From: Microbotryum violaceum
Lineage: Eukaryota
DNA: 64,000 nucleotides
Direction: 5' to 3'
Assembly (NCBI GenBank): GCA_001244265.2
Contig: CDLV01000006.1
Coordinates: 682,001 to 746,000, forward strand
Shown here: piece by piece, positions 23,823-33,898 of the stretch
Numbering within the stretch: the first letter of the stretch is position 1
Layout: the number at the start of each line of letters is the position of its first letter
Made by a program: the position numbers and the translations under genes
The notes under the pieces: generated by a model
Database searches by the model: none
Told to the model about the DNA's origin: nothing
The model's input: only the letters and a program-made list of their open reading frames with translations

Positions 23823-26153
23823 GCTCAACTTCGCAGCCTCGAGAGTCGTCCCGACTCTCGTCCCGACTCTCGAGGCCGCGACCTTTCGCAACCTCTACTT
23901 GCCATCAACCTGGATCTTCCTCTTATTTTCAACATAAAGAAGTACCTGACATGGCCGTCGCTGTTCTTATTCCTGGATAATGAACAACAACGCTTGTTCG
24001 TCGCTCTTCACTCAACTCCCCTATGGGTTGACACGTCGATGAAGAAACCCAAACTACTCAACCCGTTTGGACTCCCCTTCCCGACCGAAGTGCAACGTCT
24101 CCTTTCCAACAACATCAAGTTCATACCCCGACCCCACATTCACAAGATGAATCCGCTCGCGGGGTATGATCGACTTGAACGATCAGTTCGAACGAACTAC
24201 CTCTTCCGCAAGGCGGAAGAGAAGACCGGCCGTGATACCTTCATTCCGAAGCTTCACGTCAAGAGTCTTGATTGGTCTCCGCCTCGAGCGAGCCTAATTA
24301 TAGAGAAGGGTCTACGACTTGGTCGCAATACACTGCTACAAGCCGTTAGAAACGCCGACCCCACTTTGTGGCGTCCGAACCTCTCTATCAGTACGTTACG
24401 TTCTCTTGGACACCTGATGATCGAACACGACTTTATTGTCAAAGCATCAGACAAAAATCTAGGTTTAACCGTGCTCCCGAGAGAATGGTACATCAACGAG
24501 GCACTGAGGCAACTCAGTGACACGTCGACGTACACCGAACTGGATCCTGCCAACCATGACGCCGTCATACCGACACTCATGTCCGCTCGATATAAACTTG
24601 TCTCCAAAGTTATGTCTTCGCCGGAGTTGTTCAGGATCATCCCCAAATCAGCTGAGAAGTTCCTTCTGCAACTAAGTACGGACGACGTGAAACTCCCCGA
24701 GTTTCACCTCCTACCAAAGCTGCACAAGAAGGCCATCGCAGGAAGGCCCATCGTACCATCATACGCATGGGTGACGTCTCACGTCAGTATCTTCATTGAT
24801 ACCCTATTACAACCCATCCTTCAATCGTTCCCATGGATTATTAGAGACTCGAAGGACTTGCTTCGCAAGCTCCTCGAGCTTGAACTCCCGGACGACGAAG
24901 TCTGGATTGTGACTGCAGATATTCGCTCGATGTACACCAATATTCCTTCCACGGAAGGTGCCAACGTCGTTGCATATCTAGGCCACACCTTCTACGAGAC
25001 GAATCAGGCCCCGTGGGACAACTCTGTCCCGCCGGTCCCGCCGACCTCCACACCTCCACCATATGTCCTCAGACGTGATGAAGACTACCTACATTCCGAA
25101 ATCTGGCGAGATTTCTGTACGGATCACTTTATGGAGGCCTCTGGAGAATCGACGACGACAGAAGAAGACATACAGCCGTATAGCTACGCTCGCGACGGGT
25201 TCTCGGACCCGCGCGTGGCACCGCCGAACGACGATGTCTTCTCCGTCAGGGAATTCTTGCAAGAATCCCTATTATTCGTTCTCAACAACAGCTTCATCGG
25301 CTTTCAGAACAGAGTCTGGCATCAGACCTCCGGCACCGCGATGGGTACTGCAATGGCTCCCGCCTACGCAAACCTCTTCGTTGGCGCTTTTGAAAGGGAA
25401 TTAGACATTCCGAACGCCGATAACATTGTATTCTACGGTCGATATATCGATGACGTGATTGCCATAATCAAAGGTCCCCGTGACAATGTCGATAAGTTTG
25501 CCCAAAGCCTTAACGATATTCACCCGAACCTCGTCTTCGATTTTGAGATTAGCAACACCGGTCTTCCCTTCCTCGATGCTTTTGTATCGTTGAACCCCGA
25601 CCCGTCGAGCTCTGGCAGAAAGAAGAGAATCTCTACGAAACTCTATCAGAAGCCACTCAACACGTATCAATACATCCCATGGTCATCGTTTCATCCGGTC
25701 GACGTCAAACTCGCCTTTGTCAAAGGCGAGCTGATTCGATACATCCGTTTGAACTCGTCCAAAGAAGAATACCTCAAAACGATGTTACTCTTCTACGGAC
25801 GTTTAAGAGCTAGGGGCTACCCTCCTCGATGGCTTAAGAAAGCATTCTCACAAGTGCAGTACGACGATTTTCGTGCAAAGTCCCTTCTGGTCTCCCAGAA
25901 GAAGGACTCAGACACGAAAGTTCCGTTGTTCTTCGTTACCAAGTATAATCCAATCTGGGACCAGGTAGATGCATCAGTTGTACTCAATGCCATTGTCCAA
26001 GATTGGGACCCAGCTACTCGAGCTGAGGTCACGCACAATCCAAAACTGCGTATTATGCGAAGTCGCAGCCGAGCTCCGAACCTCGGCGACATCGTTAATG
26101 CACTTAACAAGAAGGTTCTCCATGGACCCAGCATATCCCCCGACTGCCGTTAG
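23823..26153 (+). CDS. Penelope-like reverse transcriptase, uninterrupted frame, no endonuclease
   Basis: KFIPRP, KASDKNLG, LPKLHK..GRPIV, TADIRSMYTNIP, GTAMGTAMAPAYANLF, YGRYIDDV, FLD, YQKP..QYIPWSSFHP, KGELIRY. Ends soon after RAPNLGDIV. The frame is open from 23823 and the first ATG is at 24039. Confidence 0.93.
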   Translation, partial: AQLRSLESRPDSRPDSRGRDLSQPLLAINLDLPLIFNIKKYLTWPSLFLFLDNEQQRLFVALHSTPLWVDTSMKKPKLLNPFGLPFPTEVQRLLSNNIKFIPRPHIHKMNPLAGYDRLERSVRTNYLFRKAEEKTGRDTFIPKLHVKSLDWSPPRASLIIEKGLRLGRNTLLQAVRNADPTLWRPNLSISTLRSLGHLMIEHDFIVKASDKNLGLTVLPREWYINEALRQLSDTSTYTELDPANHDAVIPTLMSARYKLVSKVMSSPELFRIIPKSAEKFLLQLSTDDVKLPEFHLLPKLHKKAIAGRPIVPSYAWVTSHVSIFIDTLLQPILQSFPWIIRDSKDLLRKLLELELPDDEVWIVTADIRSMYTNIPSTEGANVVAYLGHTFYETNQAPWDNSVPPVPPTSTPPPYVLRRDEDYLHSEIWRDFCTDHFMEASGESTTTEEDIQPYSYARDGFSDPRVAPPNDDVFSVREFLQESLLFVLNNSFIGFQNRVWHQTSGTAMGTAMAPAYANLFVGAFERELDIPNADNIVFYGRYIDDVIAIIKGPRDNVDKFAQSLNDIHPNLVFDFEISNTGLPFLDAFVSLNPDPSSSGRKKRISTKLYQKPLNTYQYIPWSSFHPVDVKLAFVKGELIRYIRLNSSKEEYLKTMLLFYGRLRARGYPPRWLKKAFSQVQYDDFRAKSLLVSQKKDSDTKVPLFFVTKYNPIWDQVDASVVLNAIVQDWDPATRAEVTHNPKLRIMRSRSRAPNLGDIVNALNKKVLHGPSISPDCR

Positions 26154-26928
26154 CATTATACCCTAATCTTAACGGCGAGAGTAATCTCATGCAGTCATTC
26201 CTATCCTTATGAAGGTGGAATTTGTGAACGACTTCAACGATCTTTGATCGTTGCAAATCTGATCACTCTACGGGAGAAACTCGACGGTTTTCTTACTCTT
26301 AAGAGGCTTAATCACCCTAAACCGTTCAGGTTTACCGTCATCTCTATATTCTGGACTTCAACATATATCGCGTATGATACCGTGTACGAAGTGAGCAACC
26401 ATGGCAAACACGTACGATGAGGCTTAATCCGACGACCCGTGGTCTCGGTCACTTGCGGAAGCCTTCGCTCCCAAGTGTCAAGCACATTGCACATTAGTAA
26501 CCGTGGCGTAACACTACGTCTTGTTCACAACTCTTCCACCACCACTTCCCCCATGATACCGCTGTCCCCTTGAATGGGTGTACGCTCTCATGGCCCGGTT
26601 ATGGTTGGTGCGAAGAATTTTTGTTCATCTCACGATTTCAAACAGATCTCTTTGTGAATCTTAACGCATGTATACATGAAGTATAAGGCCTTTAATCCTC
26701 TACCCAACTTGTGCGGACAAGTGGGCATGCCATCTACAATATCTCTTACGCTTCGGCCTTTCGGCTCGAAGATCGTCGAGACTCACGGAATTTTTTCCGT
26801 ATGTAGACACACTAGCTATCTTCTCGGTTCGGTGCCGACTCGATAGACCATCTTTTCATCATTCATCTACTATTTGTCCCGTACAAATACAATGATTTTT
26901 GACTGAGGAATGATCGACCAAAGTCCTT

Positions 26929-28600
26929 GCGCAGATCGTGGGCCTGTACTGGAGGGACGAAGGGAAGGGATGGGCTATCGTTGGTCGTCGAAGCGGGTTC
27001 TGGTAGCACTCTAAGGAATCCGCCCTGCCGCACGCGCACGTGTGGTCGCGCGTGGGTCAGAAGCTCAGGGCGAAAGCCTTGCTGTCCAAGACCGCGGTGC
27101 GACCCGCTCGGATACCTTCCACAGAGGCTCCCCATCCTCGGTGCTTCAACTTCTTTAGGCTCACCCGGCCTTCACTATTCGCAAGCTTTGTCGGTGTGGT
27201 TCGGTTCCCAGGGAAGGTGGACCGGGTCAAGTGCTTCTCTGTGGGGACTTCTCAGAGCGATAGGGAGATAGCTTCATGACCGGTTCGAGTCTGCTGTGGA
27301 GCCAGGTACCCACTGGCGGCTCATGTACAACGTGACGCCGACACGCAAGAGGCAGCACACTCAGGGCCATGCCTCTTTGCCGTCGTGGTCGTTCTGTGGC
27401 AAAGCTACAGCGGTCATCTAGATGGTGTCGCGCTAATTTATTAGGTACTCGGCCAGCTTCTGGGGTCGGGCGCTACACTCTCTGCTCGACAAGCTCGGCA
27501 TCGAGGAAGCCGACGTCGTTCCGTCGACGTTCATCCAGGAGCAGCTAACCATGGGGCTCCCCCTTCTACGGGGTTGTGGGAGAATCACCTTGAAATGGAT
27601 GTGGGTTCGGTTGGCCTGTGTGATCGGCTTCCAGCCGCTGCACCTGGTCCGCTGGCGCGTTCATCAGTGATTCCAGGAGGTCGGTGTCGTAGCCCCTCCC
27701 TCAATTCCCCGTGCGCTCAGAGCGTTTGACTCTTTTTCGGGCGGGCTTTGTCCCTGGGGCTCGAGCTTGGGAGCTGTGAAGACCGATTTGAGTCTTTCCT
27801 TCACTTTCCTCCCCTCTCTTTCCTTCCTTTCTCCTCTAGTGGGCCTTCGGAAGTTGACATGCCTCGAAACTTGTTGCGCAGTGGAAGGCTGCGCTGCGCA
27901 TCTTACCCCCCCACCCCCCCTCTTTTTGTTTGTGGCCGAGGGTGGTTTCCTTGTTTGTATGGATCCGCAAACAGGGTGAATGTACAATAACGCTTGTGTG
28001 ACCGGCTAAGTGTCCCCTGACTCTCTCTCTCTTCCTTTCTGGTGGCTCAGATGTTGACAAGAATTTTGGTCACCACCCCTTTCTCCCTTTCAGGCTTCTG
28101 GACCCGAGCCGCTTGCGTTGGATCGGCAAAGAAGGATCGCTCGCTTGGGTCAAGATTCTCGCGAGATAGCGAGGCTCGTTGGTGTTTTTGTTTTTGTTTC
28201 GAGTGTTTGCTCGGCTGGACAGCTCAATAGTCAGTGCTCGAGACTCAGCCAACGGAGGACTTCAGGCGCTGTCGGGGTGACGAGTAGCTGGGGCGTGGCT
28301 GCGGCTTGTTAGTCCCTGGGGACCTCTATCTCTGGCTTAGAGCCCCCCTCGCCCCTCGGGTGTGTTCTCCCCCTCCCCTGTGTCTTAGTTCTACTTCTCC
28401 GTGTTTCTGGTTGTGGCCTTTTGTATATGTCTCTTTAGGTGCTCCCTGGTTATCGCGTATCTTCGCTCCCGATCCTGGGATGTGACGGAAGCGGCAGCAG
28501 ACTCACCGCCCAGCGGGTTTTGTTGATCTGCGCGTCACTCTTCGCGCGCAGGGTTTCGATTTCTTCCCATCTGCTGGTCGTCATTGCTCAGAATAATAAA
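26929..28600 (+). mobile_element. Old L1-like LINE, right part (decayed zf-RVT region and 3' UTR)
   Basis: AQIVGLYWRD..., then HWRLMYNVTPTRKRQHTQGH..SFCG...RYSASFWG and LHLVRWR, with stops. Ends near AATAATAAA; the 3' boundary is approximate. Confidence 0.7.
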
Positions 28601-28884
28601 CTGACGAGCGTGTAGCCCAACCGACAGTTAATTACGTATGATAGTAGCGGTAATGATAAATGTACGTACCTGACGAGCGTGTAATCCAACCGTGGAGAGA
28701 AGACAACGGTTGGTGCGCATCGCCAGGCTTCCCTAATATAAACAGACGCGCGCTTCGAATCGAATAGCCAATAGCCGCCTTCCTGCTAATCCTCCTTCAC
28801 GACACACCAACTACAACCTTTTTTAGCTCTTTTTGTAGCGGTCCCAACCAACCCGAAGGATCGCAAGGTATGAGCCCCTCGTGA

Positions 28885-29645
28885 TAGAGGTCCGTGCTCA
28901 GGAACAGCTCGTAACACGTTCGGACTCGAAAGTAGTACGAGCAGACGCGTAAAACTACGAGTGTCATGTTACAAAAAACATTGATCATTGCTGCCGCTAC
29001 AAATCACGTTGAAGCGGGTCAGAGTGACCTTGATGCAAAAGTGGCCTCGGTGACCGAGTGGGTCCCCTTTCGAAAGTCCGCAGCGCCGGGGAGCTGCGAT
29101 GCCGAGCGGCGGCGGCGACTGACGTACTGACGGGCTGGCGTCATTGGCACCGATCGAGCGATCTCAAGTGCTCGCTTGACTCGACTCTCCCGGCCTCACC
29201 GGGGTGGTGCAAGATTATCAGTAGAATTAATGTGCCTAAGGAATTTTAGTCAAACTGGTTCGCACTTCAGTATCGAGGGTGGTGACGTGGACAGTCGCGC
29301 AGCGAGCAAACTAGTCAGGCACGCGTGCTAGAGGTCCGTGCTCAGGAACAGCTCTTAACACGTTCGGACTCGAGAGTAGTACGAGCAGACGCGTAAAAAT
29401 ACAAGTGTCATGTTACAAATATCAAGAACACTGCTTTTGATCATTGCTGCTGCTACAAACCACGTTGAAGCGGGTCAAAGTGACCTTGATGCAAAAGTGG
29501 CCTCGGTGGCCGAGTGGGTCTCCTTTTGAAAGTCGGTAGCGCCGGGGGAGCTGCAATGCCGAGCGGCGGCGGCGAAACGGGCTGGCGTCATTGGCACCGA
29601 TCGAACGATTGAGATCGCTTGCTTGACCCGACTCTCCCGGCCTCA
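28885..29645. repeat. About 315-bp diverged tandem duplication upstream of the second Rds1-like gene
   Basis: 28885-29198 and 29329-29645 both run TAGAGGTCCGTGCTCAGGAACAGCTC...GACTCTCCCGGCCTCA. Confidence 0.92.
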
Positions 29646-29880
29646 TTCCTTCTTTTCACTTTCTCTCTCTCTCCTTCGTTTCTCTCACTTTGGCTTTCCT
29701 CGACCCCGCCGAGTTTAATACACCTCCTCCGAGTGAGTCCGCTTCATCTACATCTCTGCCCATTGGTTCCATGCCCCCACCACTCATCTTCCACCCGCCT
29801 TGAACTCATTCGATAGTATCAGCTCCTGTCGGCCCCACGTCGCACCGACCCAATTCTGCTCACCCGCCCATCGAACCACG

Positions 29881-31909
29881 ATGAAGCTCGAAGTCCCCTT
29901 TCAGCTTCTTTCACTCGCTACCCTCGTTTTTGCCAGTCCTCTGCCCCATAACGATGGTTCTGTTGGCGTCCATTCCGAACAGACACGAGACCCGAACTTG
30001 CGCGATCCCATCTTCGTCAGCGTGCCCGAGCCGGTCAAGAACAATCCCCCACTTCAAGGCAATCCGGCGGTCAACGGCACCAACACGACCTTTTCTGCAC
30101 CCTTTACCCCTGCTGGCGGGCTTTTGTCCCAGAACCCAAAGTGTGAGTCACCCTGGTCGCCCGAGAGTGGTCGCACGGCTGCGGCCCAGCCGCGGCCATC
30201 ACTCCCTCACGGACTAATCATGCCTCGGACTCGTCTTCAATAGACCGTGTCAAGTCCAATTTTGATTATCAAAGCTTGAGCGTCGGTCTCCACCAAGAAT
30301 TAATTGAACTTGTAAGTTCTGGATCTGTTTGGTGCGACACGGCTCACCGGTGGCCGACTAGCGCTGACGCCCCTATCCACTGCTGGTCGCTCGCTCACAA
30401 CTCACCGCTCCCTCCCAGGATTTGTTCCAAGATGCCCTTTCAAGGTCTGTCAATAGTTATGTCAATGGTCTGGTTGGGCCTATAGCTTATCGGGGTCACC
30501 TGCCCGCTGTTTTCGACAGGTTCTCCGTCGACGAATGGGAGGCTGCTGGCATCACCGCCGAGGATCGCTTCTTGATCGAGTTTATGGCGGACCAAGAGGT
30601 CGGTCATGCGACTGCGCTCACCAACATGGTCGGTCCTGAGAGGGTTAGTGATTTCACTACATCCTTCGTGCATCTCCAATGTTCTTTTGCTTAACCAATT
30701 GCGATCTTGTCCACACACAGGCAGTGAAGCAATGCGTCTATCGGTACCCATACAAGACCGTCCGAGAGTTCATTCTGTTCTCGCACTTGCTCACGCGCTG
30801 GGGTGAGAGTGGTACTCTCGGTTTCTTGCCCCATCTCGACAATAGAAACACGGCGCAGATTGTCTTGCAAGCAATCACGACCGAGTCGAGGCAAGAGATG
30901 ATCTTTCGCCAGTTTCAGGGGCTTTTCCCCATGCCCATGTGGTTCGGTAAGTTGCTCCTCCTCTCGATGTGGCGATCACAGACAACCTCTGTCACTGCTT
31001 GCTGATAGTGAATTGACGCTTATTCTCCCGCTGTAGTCACCGGCGTGCCCCAAGCGTTCCAGTGGACCTTGCTGCAACGATACATCAAGTCCTGCCCTGC
31101 GAACAACCCCACGATCCAGTTCCAGATCTTTCCCGACTTGCTCATCACGAATGCACCCAATCTGCTCGGTCACCCTCCCGCCATCACTCGCAACACAAGT
31201 GGCGTTACATACCCTAGTCGCGTTATTAAGTTCGAGTGGGAGGCTCCCGGTAAGGTTACGGGGTACGATGACAAGTACCGCACCGCCACGACCGCTGGAC
31301 CGCCCAAGGTATACCCTTTCGCCATTTACCTGCAGAGCCTGTCTCGGATTGTTTCTGATCCTTACTCTTCTCATTGTATGATAGTTTGCTGCTTTCGTTT
31401 CGCAACTCAACGTCACCTACACCGACCTTGTCGACATTGATCTTGCCAAGCGCACCGCAGGTATGTGATCAGTCTTCCTCCCTCAGAAGCACAGCATTTT
31501 GACGCCTCTTCGACTCTCCGACTCTGCCACACATCATGATGCACAGCCACGAAGCAACCTTGCGCGCTTGTGTTCCCTGGTGCCAATGGCCGCCCGGGAA
31601 ACTCCCAGGTCAATGAAACCGTCTTCGTCGTTCTCACCGACTCGAAACCCTTCCTCACCCCGTAAGTGGACGTTTGCTATTGGACTCGCCGTATCCTAGG
31701 CTAGAGAGTACATTTACCAATAACTGTATTATTTGTACGATCTAAAATCTAACATCTACAGCGGCAACATCACGCTAATCAACCCACACGTCGTGGCGGG
31801 TCCTGCACTGTGAGTTTGACCTTGGTTTCGGTAGCCCCTACATATATTGGCGCCTCGATAACTCACCCTGCTTGTGCCCACCTTGCCACACAGCTACCAA
31901 TCGGGCTGA
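29881..31909 (+). CDS. Rds1-like secreted ferritin-like protein, multi-exon
   Basis: Signal peptide MKLEVPFQLLSLATLVFA; FDYQSLSVGLHQELIELDLF, MADQEVGHAT, RWGESGTLGFLPHLD, TESRQEMIFRQFQGLFPMP; last exon YQSG*. Confidence 0.88.
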
Positions 31910-32283
31910 CGGCAAACACTCTTTGTTGTAGCTTTTCCGGCCAGACGTTATCCTTAGTCGACTTGCTCGATTGCCGGTTCGTTTCGACCGTCTCACCCAG
32001 TTAGGCCCTTTCTACGTGTGCTCTTCTTCGATACGGACAAAGAAAAAGTAGTGCGCTTGTACTGATAGTCATTAATGGAAAATACAGAAAAATATGGATT
32101 GTTTTTTCTGATGTTTGAATGCCGTCTCGCTCGCAGAGGTCAACGAGACCTGGAATCGCGATACCGACAGAAGCCTTCATTCCACCCTCACCTCGCCCGA
32201 ATACCGTGCCCAGATACTTTACAACAAAGATAGCCTCGACATCCCTCCTGCCCCGATACAATCATCCTGTCTTCCCCGTACCA

Positions 32284-33657
32284 TTAGTCTTTGGACTTTT
32301 TGCTCTTCTTCTTCTTGGGCTGTTCAGCCTCAACAGCTTGAACGGGTTCGACCTCCTGAACCGCAGCAGCTGCAGCAACAGCATCGGCGTCCCTCTTACC
32401 CGCTCTCCCCTTCCCAGTCTTTGTCGCACTCCTCTCGATCCTCCTCTTCTCCTTCTCCAGCTCCTTCTTCTGCTTCTCCAAAGCAAGCCGTTCCTTCTCC
32501 TCTTTCTTGGCCTGCACGACCTCGATCTCGGCCTGCGAAGGGCCCTTGAAGCGCCCCTGATCGTCCAACGAAACGTTGTAGATGGGCAACGCGGTCGAAT
32601 GGGTCGACTTGATGTGCAGAGTTTGGATGATGTCGAAGCCGTCGTTGGGGAACGGTAATCGGACGGCGAGTTGGGGTATCACGCACAGCAGGTTGTCGAG
32701 CAGTTGTTCGGGGGTGTGGAGGCCGGTCGAACCGAATTTGATAGAGCTGAAACGAGGAAAAATGAATTTAGAAGGGAATGCTCCAGCAAGTGAAACCGTT
32801 GATCGTGCAGGCAAAGAACTGACAAAGTCGTGCCGGTGTTCACCTGGACATAGGTCGCAGAAACGGCTCGCTCGAGCTCAGCTTTGAGGTCTTTGCGGGT
32901 GATGGTGGTGGGGACGGGTTGTCTTGAAGGAAGTTATTGGATTGTTAGGAAATGGACTGGTAAGCAATACGAATCGTAGCGGTACCACTCCAGGCCAGGC
33001 AGAAAAGCTCACTTGTTTGCCTCTCGGAACATTTTGCCGATCGCTTTCCCGACCTCAATGACGACTCGGTCATCGACGAGGAACAATTCGGCTTCCTTCA
33101 ACAGGGCCCGCTTGGCCTCGAACGTCTTGTGCTTGTTGCGCAACTTGTCGAGCCCGACGACACGCGAGATGAAGTTGATATCGGACGTCTCGAGCAGATC
33201 TTTGTACTGTCGCTGCGGGTCCTTGACGAACAAAGTTACGGGCGACTCTTTCGGGTTTATCAACGCATGCTTCAAAGGTCTGTTGATTAAGCGGTAAAGT
33301 TGGGTCAGCGATCAGGTACGAAGAAGGCGGGAGCTCGAAGCTCCGAGTCGAGAAGGAATCTTGGGGGTTGGAGACTGACAATCGGATCGGCTTGTGAACG
33401 GGTCGCGAGGGCACCTTCTTCAACCCCACAACGAGGGAGAGCTTGTGCTGCTCATCCTGCAAGAGATCGAACGAAAACTTCGACTTTGCTTTCTCGAGAT
33501 GGGCCAGGAGTGCGGTAAGCGCCTTTTCGACTTGGATTTTGTTCACCGGCAGCGACTCGAACGAAGGCACGACCGCGGGGGCGTTGGGAATGATCGACTT
33601 GGGCTTCAACAAGGGAGGAGGCGGTTGCGCGATCGAGGCTTTGCTAGTGGAGGCCAT
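32284..33657 (-). CDS. Ribosomal protein L1 domain nucleolar protein (Utp30/Cic1/RSL1D1 family)
   Basis: QVEKALTALL, KPIR, LFVKDPQR, VVGLDKLRNKHKTFEAKRAL, LFLVDDRV, IGKMF, LHIKSTHSTALPIY and a Lys-rich tail. Confidence 0.87.
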
Positions 33658-33898
33658 AATTGTGGTGATCGGAAGGGGCCGAGGGTGGAGGATGTGTGAG
33701 AGTGGCGGGAGAAGCGAAGCGAGGAACGAACGAGCTGAGGCGCATGAAACGGTGCGAAGCTGCCCCGAGCTGCGAAGAGCGAAGCGCGTCAATTCAAAGC
33801 TAGTCAAACTCCGCTGATCTCAACTCTAATGGCCAGTTGTAATCTCTGCCCAGCTCTTCGTTAGTCCTCGCCCATCCTGGCGCCAGGTCATCCACGCT

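Larger units (their letters stand above)
22802..26926 (+). mobile_element. 5'-truncated endonuclease-deficient Penelope-like retroelement (Coprina-type)
   Basis: ORF1 remnant, a PLE-type RT with no GIY-YIG domain, and about 770 bp of 3' UTR. Both sides are pieces of an L1-like ORF2. Confidence 0.85.

Noticed and set aside
22655-23980. 441-aa ORF as a single gene
   Set aside because: It is chimeric: it starts in LINE sequence read out of frame, crosses the PLE junction and reads through the ORF1 intron.
23823-26153. Telomerase RT or group II intron RT
   Set aside because: It has no recognisable T/CP motifs or YADD, and carries PLE signatures (DKNLG, LPKLHK, GTAMG, S-HP).
27590-27680. Minus-strand CTGATGA as a hammerhead ribozyme
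   Set aside because: There is no GAAA or stem III, and it lies in decayed LINE coding sequence.
20940-28740. Telomeric repeats around the PLE
   Set aside because: Only isolated single TTAGGG/CCCTAA hexamers occur; there is no array.
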